IMG/VR virus record: IMGVR_UViG_3300027763_000038
Location: 44,771 to 108,770 of that record
Reading direction: 5' to 3' (one strand)
DNA from: a virus
DNA: 64,000 nt
A program made the position numbers and the translations under genes. Within the stretch, counting starts at the first letter, position 1. Every line of letters begins with the position of its first letter. Below the pieces are notes generated by a model. That model searched no databases, was not told the DNA's origin, and saw only the letters and a program-made list of their open reading frames with translations. Of the stretch, positions 9,301 through 20,800 are shown piece after piece.

Positions 9301-11803
9301 AAAATAAAGAAGCTTGCGAGGAACCAACAACTATTGTATCATCTATAAAGTTACCTTCTTCTTCCCAGGCCCCATCAGTAGCTATTTCCCAATCGGTATA
9401 AAATCTACTACTAGTTGAATAAGCAAAACCTCCATAACTAACTGATGTCTCCCCATCACTATTACTAAAAGGAGACGTTTGATACCATCTCATTTTAGGT
9501 GTTTTCACCATAAATTTCTTACCATAGTAAGTATTACAAATATTTGCAAAAAAATCATGTATCTTTTTTAAATCTGCATATAATGATTGAACGTATGGCT
9601 GAGAATTTTCAATACTAATAGTATATGCTCTTGGTTCTTTAGTCTGAGTAACTGTACTTTTATTAACTGCATCCCAATTAATAATATTTAAACCAGCTAA
9701 AAAATCTCTTCTATTACCAAAAGTAGGATATTGAGCACAAAAAGCTGAATATATTAAATCTGCAATGTCTGTATTAAATATGTTGTCAAAACAATAAGAA
9801 AACCAAGCTTCAAATCCACCACCAGCTGATCTAATTTCATTTTCTAAAACTACAAACTCACCACTAGAGCCAAAAGATTTAGTTAATAAAGATGTAATAT
9901 CATTATTTCTAAAAACAATTTGTAACTGACCTGTCTTACGGTCTAAATATACTTTTCTCGGTTCATGCCAGTCAATAGCTGATGGTACTGTGGTTGTGGT
10001 AGTATCTTGACCATGGTAACCAAAATATGGACTAATTAAATCATTGTATAAAGGATAGCTTTCATTATTTGCAAAAGCAGGATTAGGATTACCTCTGTAA
10101 CGAGAAGCTGGATCTTGTTCTTCTGTAGGAAAATAATTTCCTCTATAAATATTCAAAGAGGTTCCAAAAGTATCTATAGTCTGAAATACGTCCCAATCAT
10201 TAATTTGACCAACTGCTGATCCGCCATCTGTAGAGGTTTGAGTATATCTAGTGCTACCAGCATCTGGTATTCTAAAATAATTTTCATAATTAGTACCAGC
10301 ACTAGTGGTGCCACCAAAATCCATAAAATGACCAACACCATTATTATAGTATGGATCAAAAACTAAACTACTCTGTTTAGAAGATATATGTACAGATTTA
10401 ACTTGTAATAATCTTTGCTGTTTACTTCCAATATACATGGATCTAATTTCTTTATCATTATATTCTTGTCCATATGTATAAGAACTCACTTTTGCTCCAG
10501 CACCAACTAAATTAGCTACTATTTTTTTAATAATTTCTCTAGGTGGTTGATTTCTTTTACTTACTGTACGAATGACAATAACTCCAGAAAAATTACCGAC
10601 TTCATTAGGATAATTACTATCTGGAAGTCGAAAATCCACATAAAAGTCAAAACCAGAACCATTGCATATTTTGCTTATAAAATCAAGTATACTAATAGTT
10701 GGACCAGTATTTAAAAATAAGTCATTAGGAGGTATCGGTAATTCACTTAAGTCTAATTTTAATTTTGTTCTTCTAACACTATCTGTTGCTAAAATATTAG
10801 GACATAAACCACATTCTTGCAGAGTCATAGTTTGGTGAGGAGTAGCATTTGTGCTGAATATTTGTTGACTACTAACATCAACAGGAACTCCACTCATAGT
10901 TAATGGATGTTTAGCAATAATTGCTCCATACGGAGAAAATGGGTTACTTATGCCTCCCGCTAAGTCTTGTAACGCATAATAAATTTGTAAAGCTGAAACT
11001 CCACTATCTGTTTTCCCAGCATATCCAAAGCCTTTGTTTTCTAAATATCCAAAAATATTAAATACATTTGGCATATTGCCCTTAACAATATCTGATGTAT
11101 AAACACCAGTAGTATTTGATGGAACAGCTATGTCATCATTAATTTCAGTTGATATTGATCCCATGTAGTCATCAATAATTAACCAAGACCCAGCTAGTAA
11201 ACTAGCATAACTTTTTAGTGTAACTTCAAATAAGCCACTACCGCCTTGACCACCATTAGCTTTCCAATCGGAAATCATTCCTCCAAAAGATATTCCGGGT
11301 GAAAACTTAAAAAAAGCTGGAGCACCAATAATGTCATAAGCATCACGAACCAAGCTACTATCTGGATCATATTTAGGTAGTCCTAAAAATCCTGGATCTG
11401 GATCAGTCCAGTTTTTTTTCACATTATTAGCATTATCCCAGTAAACTTTTCCAAGATCATTATATTGATTTTGATCTGCTATTTGTGGACTTATAGTTTT
11501 GAATAAATTTCTACCAGGATCAGCATCACTAAATGAACCATCTGTGTTTCTTCTTAGCGCTGTGGATCCTCGGTTAGTATTAGAATTAGTATTAGCTACC
11601 AGAGTGTTAAGTGGACCATATTTTGTTGAGGCCGGGTGATATGCAGGGTCTGATACTAAGTTAATTGTTATTGAACTAGCATCGGCACCCCATCCTAGAT
11701 TCATATTAAAACTAGTTAAGCTACATCCTAAAAATAATGTCTGATTATATGGCCCTACTTCTTCATATGATCCAGGACATGTAAACGGATTCTGTGGAGG
11801 CAT
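6335..11803 (-). CDS. Putative tail tip/baseplate hub protein (1822 aa) with a CxxC...CxxC motif
   Basis: Position downstream of TMP and Dit-like gene; beta-rich N-terminus (LGCSLTSFNMNLGWGADASSITINLV; FGGMISDW; ISKICNGSGFDFYVD) resembles hub proteins; CAFC/CPFC pair; AAGGA RBS. Confidence 0.55.
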   Translation of the reverse strand: MPPQNPFTCPGSYEEVGPYNQTLFLGCSLTSFNMNLGWGADASSITINLVSDPAYHPASTKYGPLNTLVANTNSNTNRGSTALRRNTDGSFSDADPGRNLFKTISPQIADQNQYNDLGKVYWDNANNVKKNWTDPDPGFLGLPKYDPDSSLVRDAYDIIGAPAFFKFSPGISFGGMISDWKANGGQGGSGLFEVTLKSYASLLAGSWLIIDDYMGSISTEINDDIAVPSNTTGVYTSDIVKGNMPNVFNIFGYLENKGFGYAGKTDSGVSALQIYYALQDLAGGISNPFSPYGAIIAKHPLTMSGVPVDVSSQQIFSTNATPHQTMTLQECGLCPNILATDSVRRTKLKLDLSELPIPPNDLFLNTGPTISILDFISKICNGSGFDFYVDFRLPDSNYPNEVGNFSGVIVIRTVSKRNQPPREIIKKIVANLVGAGAKVSSYTYGQEYNDKEIRSMYIGSKQQRLLQVKSVHISSKQSSLVFDPYYNNGVGHFMDFGGTTSAGTNYENYFRIPDAGSTRYTQTSTDGGSAVGQINDWDVFQTIDTFGTSLNIYRGNYFPTEEQDPASRYRGNPNPAFANNESYPLYNDLISPYFGYHGQDTTTTTVPSAIDWHEPRKVYLDRKTGQLQIVFRNNDITSLLTKSFGSSGEFVVLENEIRSAGGGFEAWFSYCFDNIFNTDIADLIYSAFCAQYPTFGNRRDFLAGLNIINWDAVNKSTVTQTKEPRAYTISIENSQPYVQSLYADLKKIHDFFANICNTYYGKKFMVKTPKMRWYQTSPFSNSDGETSVSYGGFAYSTSSRFYTDWEIATDGAWEEEGNFIDDTIVVGSSQASLFSDDDNKIQPILGFNANGDFASRDFWSQTYLATRNDPNSLTALMLAMSHSFGSVVDRSEYFYFPLDHSMQPDQYLYVPYQNPTISNLGLENVTNTLVGATLAPTTPHGEPIPSGWQFKMYVKSEVEPKVIFLKDIDDLYRPRAILSLPDPLYLGGGKSDAQDSLSYVQLHDALIIMNRGSAQPPNNRSRTNNSLKATSNPMNWKAILCAWGFSSTMKLIGGNHGISINNSAENVVIAKKATCPEFAAVPVKYNRYTYGPWINHPGLQGVSSLIFIPPDADNPYNQDALNNLVNNLVGGVKVNVQDDLVPWNYGGTNALDAVVMNIIKDDINYQQVTEQGSISAVGLLLKDPNGKSYSIGSVLKLTAEDTAGPIVTNFNVSLNNAGITSSYNMRTYVKKIGFFNKENSDRIRDTNLEFMKRRRDTNNSINSALNKIKSNIFPKSNNGLLGGADTPKPLRWSPFEILAGAAYPQLNFQSSIGDIYADLGFSPSWSKFPYSKNTSYNTKDMLRYLTNVSVQDIQELPRELKDDYSQKSFMSLDGLLSPISFYPTLYGSTYNITKYPRDNCAFCKGSGNYTWEKFDIPRDSGSQPSGFAGLIQLKSSQTDVCPFCETIDNKEKRAYKSSSPKQTNPPYILASGDDLTIISKNANTGQPSGETNQNTIINYSTLNPVLLATGEFSCFQNRQSGDLTGHSIDLVGLGMTVPETGNSLKFAYSSTIEKNFLDYDQNYIDHCAAKSIPGPTGASGCPANNARFFGLRGPLMVHAWGYDLEGFPVPNSSGEPKLDTNGEIVKDTSGNIIYKNQTQKPDQTWTEPYKENSFYKGWGQLPGTWPVGPVDLRWDDVAGVWVAGGNGYKPIWVVIETDLVGNQPSRGEIVDDSYSNQPLASGLRRLVFVKDPLGVNGAPRGAHVYCNYNGQNGFYEPIFNKPSMTSGIIRGANSVDMYNLYRNTSGTYLTTFSNPLDFNVNVGDAGLFTFMGSGWVLQSYRC

Positions 11804-11831
11804 TTGATATCCTTGTATTCTTAAAACTAAA

Positions 11832-13439
11832 TTATTGTTCTATGCATCTTACCCATTCCCAAGTTTTACTAGTACTGATTCGTCCTTCTTTTGGATTCCA
11901 ATTACTAGTATTAGCCGTTACATACGATTTGATACCTGCCGTATTAGCATATCCAATTGTAAAACTGGCAGGATTAAATCTTTCTACTACACCTGTTATA
12001 GTAGTATAGTGGTCACCTGGGAATAAAAGATCTACTAAACTACTAGGTTTAGGAAGCACTACTTCAAAATTAACAGTTCTAGATGATGAACTAAAAGTTC
12101 CCAAATCTTGCAAAATAGGACCTAATTTACGTCCTAATACGAAAATAGAAGCAATCATAGGAGTAGCATGACGATCATCAATACTTAGTGTTTCGCTAAT
12201 AGCTCCACTAACCAAGGGTCTTGGTCTATTGTTAAAAACCCAACTATATGTTATTGTTCCTTCCGCAGGATTCATTCCTTCTGTTATGCTCATAGGAACA
12301 GGGTTTATTGGAGCAAGTCCGCTGCTAACGGAAGTTGAATAACCCAGAGTCATCAAAGTACCAGTAGCAAAAGCGCTACTTATTCTATTAATTAAACCAG
12401 ATTTTATTTCAGCATATCCACTTAATGCGTTAACAAATTTGGTACCATTAGTTCCATTTGCATGAGTATTATCGTTATATAATTGATTTAATGTACCAGT
12501 TAAAGATCCACTAAGATATGGAAGCATACTACTATTGTATATATTTCCACTATTCATTAACTCTAAACCTTTTATTGTACCCTGTACTGTTACAGTTCTT
12601 AATAATTCTGAGTCTAATGAGCTATCAATATTAAAAGTTTCTATATATGGTAATGTTACTCCACTAGGTACTCCTATCCAATTATCTGTTATTCTAAAAG
12701 ATCCTTCAACTTCGCTAACATTTAAACTTCTAACAAAATTATATAGCTTCAATCCAACAACACCACTATATGTTGGAGGTTCTCCAAGTTGATAATTTAC
12801 CCATCCTTTAGCATTTTGCACAGCACTAAATGAAGATCCTCCACCACTATTAGGTATGTACTTGCCTACTGCTCCAAGAGTACGAGTAATTCGATAAAAA
12901 GGATAATGTTGTCCTTGGTTAAAAGAAAGAGCAGGATTTCCATATCCTGGCAAATAATTACCTAAACTAAACGGCCCCTTAGCAAATGCTGTTTCATCTA
13001 AAGTTTCAATACTCCATTCGTCTTGAGTGCTATTAACATAAAATGCTGGACTAATACCTGTAACAACACTATCTTCAAATTGTAAACCAATACTATAGTC
13101 AATAGTAGTTGTCCAATTATTATCTGTTTTATTAGCAGAATATTGGGATACTTTACCTCCAGAAAATATACTAAGAGTTGACCCACAACCAACTGTTAAT
13201 GTACCGCCATCGACAAATACGGATCTCAAACCACTTTCTAATGTTAGCAGTTGTGGCAATCCACTATTACCACTACCCGTAAATAATTGTCCTTCTAAAG
13301 TAACAGAAGTGGTTGCTCCAATAGTTCTTCCCGCTCCATTTCTTTGATATTCTTTAGAAATAGAAACAGACGGAACTGGATATCCACTTGCTCCTTGAAA
13401 ACTAAAAGATCCATATTTAACAAATGCTGACGTAGCCAT
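11832..13439 (-). CDS. Putative distal tail/baseplate structural protein (~535 aa)
   Basis: Track ORF 11832..13466; the ATG at 13439 (MATSAFVKYG) follows AAAGGA and is the likelier start; beta-strand-rich (TSVTLEGQL, RTVTVQGTIKG); position after TMP. Confidence 0.5.
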   Translation of the reverse strand: MATSAFVKYGSFSFQGASGYPVPSVSISKEYQRNGAGRTIGATTSVTLEGQLFTGSGNSGLPQLLTLESGLRSVFVDGGTLTVGCGSTLSIFSGGKVSQYSANKTDNNWTTTIDYSIGLQFEDSVVTGISPAFYVNSTQDEWSIETLDETAFAKGPFSLGNYLPGYGNPALSFNQGQHYPFYRITRTLGAVGKYIPNSGGGSSFSAVQNAKGWVNYQLGEPPTYSGVVGLKLYNFVRSLNVSEVEGSFRITDNWIGVPSGVTLPYIETFNIDSSLDSELLRTVTVQGTIKGLELMNSGNIYNSSMLPYLSGSLTGTLNQLYNDNTHANGTNGTKFVNALSGYAEIKSGLINRISSAFATGTLMTLGYSTSVSSGLAPINPVPMSITEGMNPAEGTITYSWVFNNRPRPLVSGAISETLSIDDRHATPMIASIFVLGRKLGPILQDLGTFSSSSRTVNFEVVLPKPSSLVDLLFPGDHYTTITGVVERFNPASFTIGYANTAGIKSYVTANTSNWNPKEGRISTSKTWEWVRCIEQ

Positions 13440-13474
13440 AATAATAAATGTCCTTTCCCTAAACAAACTTAAAA

Positions 13475-16400
13475 CTAAACTGATCCGTATAGAGGATTAG
13501 CTCCAGGATGATTAAGCTGATTAACTCTAGCAGTAGCTGACCATAGAGCAGTCCATCCACCACCACCACTAGCAACTATACTAAGTCTTGGGATACTACT
13601 AGTATTTCTTATTTCTGTAGATAAGCTCATCACACTTGGCATAGTATCTCCATAGTATCTAACATTTTCATTACCAAATTTATAAAACTCAGTACCAGCC
13701 GCTGATCTATATACGCCACCCTCAATTTCATATGTTCCAGCAAATTTTCTAGGACCCTGTGGACCACCTTGTACACCAGACTGCCACAATACTGAAACAC
13801 TAATTTTATAACCCCAAACTCTATCATATTGAGCAGAGCTTAAACTATAAAAATCATTAAAATTAATACAATTATTTGAAGTTTCATCCGATATAACGCT
13901 ACTTTTTGACCAATTAGTAACTAATGGATTACCAACACCATTTGGTCCTGTTGTGCGAGTTCTTAGATAATACTGAACATATTGAGATGATCCATCATAT
14001 ACTCTGTTAACATCATTATGGTTAAATGAACCACCCGCAAATGAGTGACTATTATATGTGCTGGTTACTGAAGGTTTGTAACCAAAAGCTATACCAGGAC
14101 AACTTTGTGGATTACTTGTTTCTACTTGGGTTTGATATGCTTTAAGGCCGCTAGCAGTAACCCAGGCATAACCATTATACGCAACATATGCACCATCGTC
14201 TTTATCAGTAAATTGACTTCCATTAGAATTTCTTTTGGTAAAACCAAAATTAGTAATAAATGAACCATCTGCTCCTTGTGCAGTAGAGACGACATTGAGG
14301 GGGTAACTATTGCCGATAATATCAGTAGAGTATGCTGTGAACTGATTATTAATATCAAGATTGCTAAAACGAATATTTCCAGAAGCATCAGTTCTTAAAT
14401 AATATCCTGATGGAGCAGTATCATTTCCCACCTTCAATTCTGTTACCCATGCTTTACCATTTACATATAAAGCAGCTTTTGGATTATAGGTAGATAAATT
14501 AGCAGCAGGAGTATTTATAGCTACTGCTCCAGTTGGACTAATATGGAAACCTTTAAGTTCAATTAAGCCAGAATTTAAAACTGAAAACCTGTTACCTAAT
14601 CCACGATTATTAAATACCGTATCTACTTGTGAATTAGAGCTTAAAATTATGTTGTAGTAACTATCATATCCATTTGTTGGAACGGTGTCTTCTGTAACAT
14701 CAACGGATGCGCCCATAGCCATAACTTGCTGTGAATTAATCCAGCGAAGAGAGCTATTTCCAGTAGAATATGCAGCACTATTAGAAAATAGAAGAGTGTT
14801 GGGTCTGGTAACATAAGAAGATAATTTACCATTATTATTAACATACAAGTAAGTTCCAGTTAAACTAACTGGCAATGTTAATCCACTATTTAAACCAATA
14901 TTATGGAAATTACCAGAGTTACCACTAACATTATAAAAGTTAATTTTATGATTAACATAATCGGTATCAAATAATACTCTAGCAAAATCTACCCCACCAC
15001 TACCACGGATTCTTACTTTATATGTTGCTGCTTCATCATTTAAGAATAGTCCAGTACTATTAATATAAACTTCATTATATCCACCTAAATTAAATCCTAA
15101 TTGTTTGATAGTAGGATTATATGCAATCTCAGTAATACCACTAGCTCCCTTATCTGTAACCTTGAATAACATACCTCCATTATCACCAGATAATCTAACT
15201 GGTAGCTGCCATGTTCCAACACCATTAGTGTTAGTTGTTAGTACATAAGCGTCAGGAGCAGAAAAACCTAGTTTGAAATCTGTTGTAGTGAAAAGTCCAC
15301 TAACAGAAAGAGAGGACGTGGGACTATCTGTATTAATACCAACACGATTATTATTAAGATTAGCATTGATAACGCTGGTAGAATCTGAAGCAGACTTAAC
15401 AATAAGGTTTTGTTGTAGTTTACCAGAATTAAAGACAATCTTATAGTTATCAAGAATCATCTTATTGCTATTATTAGTTCCTAAATATATAGTATCATCT
15501 ACAACACCAGTCAAACCATAGCCGATAGCTATATTTCTAACACCAGATACATAATTATTATATCCTAAAATTAAACCACTACTAAAAGGATATTTGTTAT
15601 TGGATCCGACAACAATATTATTAGACCCGTAAACAGGATTCACCTCTGCTCCACCAGCCCCACCCATTCTTTGGTATGGCATAATAAGTCCACTAACAAC
15701 AGTAGACGCAGTATTATTATCATCAAATGCGTTATTCATATAGTAATAACCATTTGTACGATCAAGAATAATTGGAGTATCAAGTGTGATATAGGTTATA
15801 GGCTCTATGGTATCTTCAACAATAGCTGTGATAGTTCTTGTAAAAGTATTACTCACTGATGGAGGATTCTGAAAAGAAACTAATATTTTATCTCCCTGTA
15901 AATACTGGGCTAATAATCCTTTGGTTGGAATATTAATAACAGTACCGCCAACATCCGTCATTGTACAGGTATTTCTTGTGTAACCTAGAGTATTATTACG
16001 ACCATAAACAATATTATTTAAGCCGTCTAATTTATTTGAGGTTCCAACAGCGATACCATTATTAACAACTTGATTATATCCAAGAACAATATTACCACTA
16101 CCAAAAACATCCATTTTTTTATCAGCAGTATTGAAAACAATTGATTCTTGACCAACAAGATTAATTTTGCTACCTACTGTGCCTAATTGACTTCCAACTA
16201 ACGAATTAGAATTACCAACATTATAAGCGCTTGTGCTATTTTTAAGATTGTTATATGATCCTAAAGTATTGCTATTTGAACCTGATATAGCATTTTTATT
16301 ACCAACTACAATATGACTATTACCAGCATATACAACATTATTAATACCAGCAACTATAGAGTTGATAACAGTTCCGGCCGGTCTTTTACCTGATCCTGTT

Positions 16401-17842
16401 ATAGTTCCAACAGAATCAATATAAACCCCTGTCTGATTGTTCAATATACCGAGAACTAAATTATTTGTACTAGCTGATGAAACAGCATTAGTGTTGCCCA
16501 TAACTAAATTATTAGTAACAGATCCACTAATATTATTAGTATTGCCTAATATAACAGATCCAGTAATATTTTCAGTAATATTGGATTGACCAATCAATAA
16601 TATCTGGTCTGGAGTACCACTAGTTAAATTATTATTAATACCAATTAAAATACTTTGTGATAAACCATCTTTTGTATTAATATTACCCATACCTAAAAAT
16701 AATAGCTTATTAGAGTTAGATAGAGACATATCATTACCGATAAAAATACCACTAGTCATAGTATTTAAAGATTGATTTGATCCTATGGAGATTAATTTTG
16801 ATCCTAGAATAGAATCAGAACTACCATAAATATTATTATTGTCTCCAGTAACAGAAACTAATGACCCAACAACATTATTAGAATTACCAATTAAATTATT
16901 CAAGTTTCCTATGTATATGTTATTGTTGCCACTGTTGGTGGCATAGGCTCCAAAAATAATACCTGATGATCCGGTGTTTGAAGATAATTGGGTTAAACCA
17001 ATACTCATATCTCCATTAAAATTATTATTATCTCCCATCAAAATATTGTTTGATCCAGTAAGGGAGTTGGAGTTACCAATAAAAATATTGGATATGCCAG
17101 TAATGGCTACAGTATCACCCATAGCAATATTGTTAGCTCCAACAAATTTAGAATTATTAACCAGAGCAACAATTTTAGAACCATTAATAGTATTAACACT
17201 ACCAATAATTAAACCACTATTAGATAATCCACTATTATATGCTCCGATACTTGTGATACCCACGCCGGTCACAGCATTATTACCACCAACGACAGTGTAT
17301 GCATAACCAGAAACGCTATTGTTACCGCCCAACACTACATTCTTAATATTAGCCCTAAAAACGGGAGTATTGGTACCGCGATTATCAACAGTAAAAAGAA
17401 TTTCGCCACTAGTATAGCCAGTGATAGGATCTAATATCTTAGAGATAATTTGTCCATAGGCAATTTCATTATAACTAGTATCTCTACCAGCCAAATTAAT
17501 AGTAGCTGGTAAACTTCCTGATAGTGGTGTTGTTTGGGGATTATGAACTAATAATAGAGTAACCCCAGTAGGACAATTTGTTACGCTTTCAACAATTAGA
17601 CCATCTTTAGAGCATGGAGCAACAACATGCAGAATAGCATCTGGTACACCCGTACCAATACCTAATCGTCCAGTTGAGGCATCAAAATACATCAAGCCAT
17701 TGCCGGTTCCTTTAATGCTAAAATCAATATCTAGCTTATTAATATTAAAAGAGCTAGCGACACCAGAGGTGTTTGATAGTTTTATATCTGGTGTTGTACC
17801 AGAACCAATATTTAGTATACCGGAAATTGTTGTGTCAGCCAT
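13475..17842 (-). CDS. Tail fibre/spike with long Gly-Asn beta-helix (YadA-head-like) repeats (1455 aa)
   Basis: GRLGIGTGVPDAILHV and RVGINTDSPTSSLSVSG fibre motifs; long run of (I/V)G.NN repeats; start overlaps the TMP stop. Confidence 0.75.
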   Translation of the reverse strand: MADTTISGILNIGSGTTPDIKLSNTSGVASSFNINKLDIDFSIKGTGNGLMYFDASTGRLGIGTGVPDAILHVVAPCSKDGLIVESVTNCPTGVTLLLVHNPQTTPLSGSLPATINLAGRDTSYNEIAYGQIISKILDPITGYTSGEILFTVDNRGTNTPVFRANIKNVVLGGNNSVSGYAYTVVGGNNAVTGVGITSIGAYNSGLSNSGLIIGSVNTINGSKIVALVNNSKFVGANNIAMGDTVAITGISNIFIGNSNSLTGSNNILMGDNNNFNGDMSIGLTQLSSNTGSSGIIFGAYATNSGNNNIYIGNLNNLIGNSNNVVGSLVSVTGDNNNIYGSSDSILGSKLISIGSNQSLNTMTSGIFIGNDMSLSNSNKLLFLGMGNINTKDGLSQSILIGINNNLTSGTPDQILLIGQSNITENITGSVILGNTNNISGSVTNNLVMGNTNAVSSASTNNLVLGILNNQTGVYIDSVGTITGSGKRPAGTVINSIVAGINNVVYAGNSHIVVGNKNAISGSNSNTLGSYNNLKNSTSAYNVGNSNSLVGSQLGTVGSKINLVGQESIVFNTADKKMDVFGSGNIVLGYNQVVNNGIAVGTSNKLDGLNNIVYGRNNTLGYTRNTCTMTDVGGTVINIPTKGLLAQYLQGDKILVSFQNPPSVSNTFTRTITAIVEDTIEPITYITLDTPIILDRTNGYYYMNNAFDDNNTASTVVSGLIMPYQRMGGAGGAEVNPVYGSNNIVVGSNNKYPFSSGLILGYNNYVSGVRNIAIGYGLTGVVDDTIYLGTNNSNKMILDNYKIVFNSGKLQQNLIVKSASDSTSVINANLNNNRVGINTDSPTSSLSVSGLFTTTDFKLGFSAPDAYVLTTNTNGVGTWQLPVRLSGDNGGMLFKVTDKGASGITEIAYNPTIKQLGFNLGGYNEVYINSTGLFLNDEAATYKVRIRGSGGVDFARVLFDTDYVNHKINFYNVSGNSGNFHNIGLNSGLTLPVSLTGTYLYVNNNGKLSSYVTRPNTLLFSNSAAYSTGNSSLRWINSQQVMAMGASVDVTEDTVPTNGYDSYYNIILSSNSQVDTVFNNRGLGNRFSVLNSGLIELKGFHISPTGAVAINTPAANLSTYNPKAALYVNGKAWVTELKVGNDTAPSGYYLRTDASGNIRFSNLDINNQFTAYSTDIIGNSYPLNVVSTAQGADGSFITNFGFTKRNSNGSQFTDKDDGAYVAYNGYAWVTASGLKAYQTQVETSNPQSCPGIAFGYKPSVTSTYNSHSFAGGSFNHNDVNRVYDGSSQYVQYYLRTRTTGPNGVGNPLVTNWSKSSVISDETSNNCINFNDFYSLSSAQYDRVWGYKISVSVLWQSGVQGGPQGPRKFAGTYEIEGGVYRSAAGTEFYKFGNENVRYYGDTMPSVMSLSTEIRNTSSIPRLSIVASGGGGWTALWSATARVNQLNHPGANPLYGSV

Positions 17843-20800
17843 TATTTTCTCCCTAAAGCGCCTTCTGTTTGATCACTAAGAGTACCCATAGCTCTACCAA
17901 CTTCTGCAACAACCATGTTACTGATTGCTGTTTCACTGAGCTGCTTTAACACTTCTGCTCCATTAAATACTACTTCAACTTTATGATTACCCATAACATT
18001 AATAACTGGTGGTAAGTTTATTGCTTTTAATTGGCCAATAAATTCTGCAAATTTTGTCGTAAACTGGCTTAATCCATCCATATTGGGTGAGGATGAGCCT
18101 CCACTATTAGATACACCACCACCAGCACCAGATTCATCAGTCATTCCACCATTAGCTAAATACTTAACGCTACCACCACGACTATATCGATTATTGTTTA
18201 TAGCTTGTAATAAGGGAAGATTTTGCTGGGCTGATGCTCGGTTAACAACAAACTCGCCCGGTGTTAACATAGCAGGAACAGTATCGCTTCCCCTTGGAAT
18301 ATAAGGAATCATCATTCCATGGTTAGCATAAATCATTCCACCGTATTGTTTATGAGTTGGTTCGGTGGTTGGAGGTGGGGGTGTTTGTTCTGGTTTTTTC
18401 TCTCCTGCAACTGAATTACCAGAAGCTTGTGATGCTTGTCCAGACATTATTTCGGGATGTTTCTTAAATAATATTCGCCATCCAGCATCAATAGCATCGC
18501 CTTCTATTTTTGCTCTTGCTTGACCATTAAGTATATCTAAAATACTCTTACCATTAACTCCTATTTTGCTAGCTTTTGGATCACGCTTTAAAATTGTATA
18601 AGCCTGTAAAGAATTATTGTAAATTGTTGTTAAATACTTATGTCTTTGTGTGTCTATGTCATATTGTTTTTTAGCATTAGTTTTAATTTCATCAGCTGAT
18701 AGTTTACCCCATACTGACCAATATTTGTCTGCTAATCCTTCAGCAGTTAATGACTCATTTATTGCATCTGCTTTTAAAGCATCAAACATTTGTGGACTAG
18801 TTTCAGCTTCATTTTTAATTTGTAAGATTAATGAGCCAGTTTGAGTTTTAGCGAGTGATCTCTCCATAATTATTTTTTGTTTTTCTTCTTCTGTTGGCGG
18901 CTGTGATCCTTTTGGGACACTACTAGATGCACCTGCCATATCGGCCCAACCGCCGCCTTTAGCATATATGACTCCTCCCTGAGAATAAGCTTCAGTTTTA
19001 CCATTATTAATGGCTTTTAATAGAGGTAGATTTTTTTGTGTGGCAGCTCTGTTTACTACAAATTCTCCGGGTGTCAACATTGCTGGAACAGTATCTGTTC
19101 CTTTTGGTTCATAAGGAATCAACTTGCCTGTCTGTGCATAAATTACTCCGCCAGAAGCTTTATATTCTGGTTTAAGACTCAAAGGCCCGAGCACTTTACC
19201 ATTGCTATATTTAAAATCCTGCGGTAAAATACCAGGAACAATTGTTGCATTTCTTTGATAAATCTCTTTTGCTCCTACTTCATTATAATATGTCTCTCTA
19301 AATTTATTAGGAAAGTCTATTCCACCAAGCTCTTCTGGAGATACTGCAACTAAATCATTAATATTGGTAAAAGGATTGTTTTTTAATTTAAATCCTATAT
19401 CTTGACCAAGCTGTTCTAATGCATCTATTAGATCTTGATGTCCAGATTGTTGTAAGTCATCAACAGATGCTTTACCTCTAATAAAATCAGCTTCAGCTTT
19501 AGCTTCAGGATTTTTTGATATCAACTCTAACAGAGTAATATTCAAAGCTTTAGCTGTATTTTTAAGTTTTTCTTCTGTTCTTTTGATATATTGTGATTTT
19601 ACAGATATTAATTCTTCTCTGAATTTTTTAGCAGCCTCTATTGCTGCTTTTTGTTTGGGTAAATTATCTACTATTTCTTTTAGATAATTTTTTCTATCTT
19701 CTACATTTTGTTTATTATTATATTCTTTGTTATTTTCTTTGTTTTGTTCTGTTCTCTCTTTTGATTCTTTTCTTATTTGTGCATCAGATTTTTCTACAAC
19801 AGTTATAAGTTTTCCATCTTTGCCTCTTATGGTACTTGCTACTTCTCCATTTTCTTTTCTTTGTTGTCCCTGTTCTGTTAAAGATCTTCCTTTTGGATCT
19901 TGCGGATCTGGATCATTTAAGCCTTTAAATTCACTACCACTTATTGCTAATAGTCTTTCAAATGCTGCTGTTGGTCCACCATCTTTCAGATATACTACTC
20001 CACCAGAGGAATAACCCTTACTATCACTACCACCTCCACTATTAATTGACTTTAATAAATCAAGATTATTTCGTGTAGCCTTAGCATTAACAACGAATTC
20101 GCCAGGAGTTAGCATAGCAGGAATAGTATCTGTGCCGCGAGGTTGGAAATTAATTAATTTGCCTGTACTAGCATAAACTGGTCCACCATTGTCAAATCCA
20201 TATGCTTTCATTATCTTTTTAAGTAATTCTTTTGCTAAACTATTCTTTGAAAACTCACTAGTTTTCATAGATTGTATAATATTTGTAAATACTTCTCTAT
20301 TATCATCTACTAACTGTTGACCACTATAAGGAGAATTAGTAACCTCTTTTAAAGGAGCCCATCCTTTTGGATCTAGAGCAAAATTTTGAATATCTGGTTT
20401 CAAACTATCTAATACGTCTGTCTTCATAAACATATTATTTTTATCTTGTAAAGCATGTCCCAATTCATGTTTTAATAGTTCTGGATCTTGATTTTTACTA
20501 GAAATTTTCTTTGTTGTTGCATCATATTGTGCATCATATTTAGGAGATTGACTATTGGGTTCAAATGATTTTACTCCAAATTGTGCGTCAGCATATTCTT
20601 TTAATTTTTTCTTACCTTCTTCACTACTAGTATATGGATATAATTGTTGAGCTAGATCAGAACTTAATCCTTTAATTAAACCTCCTGTAGAAGCATATAT
20701 AACTCCACCCTTTTCTCTATATTGTGGAGGTAATGGTGGTGGTCCTTTTGGTGGTAACGGAGGTGGTCCTCCTGCTTGTCTTGGAAGTGGAGGTGGACCA

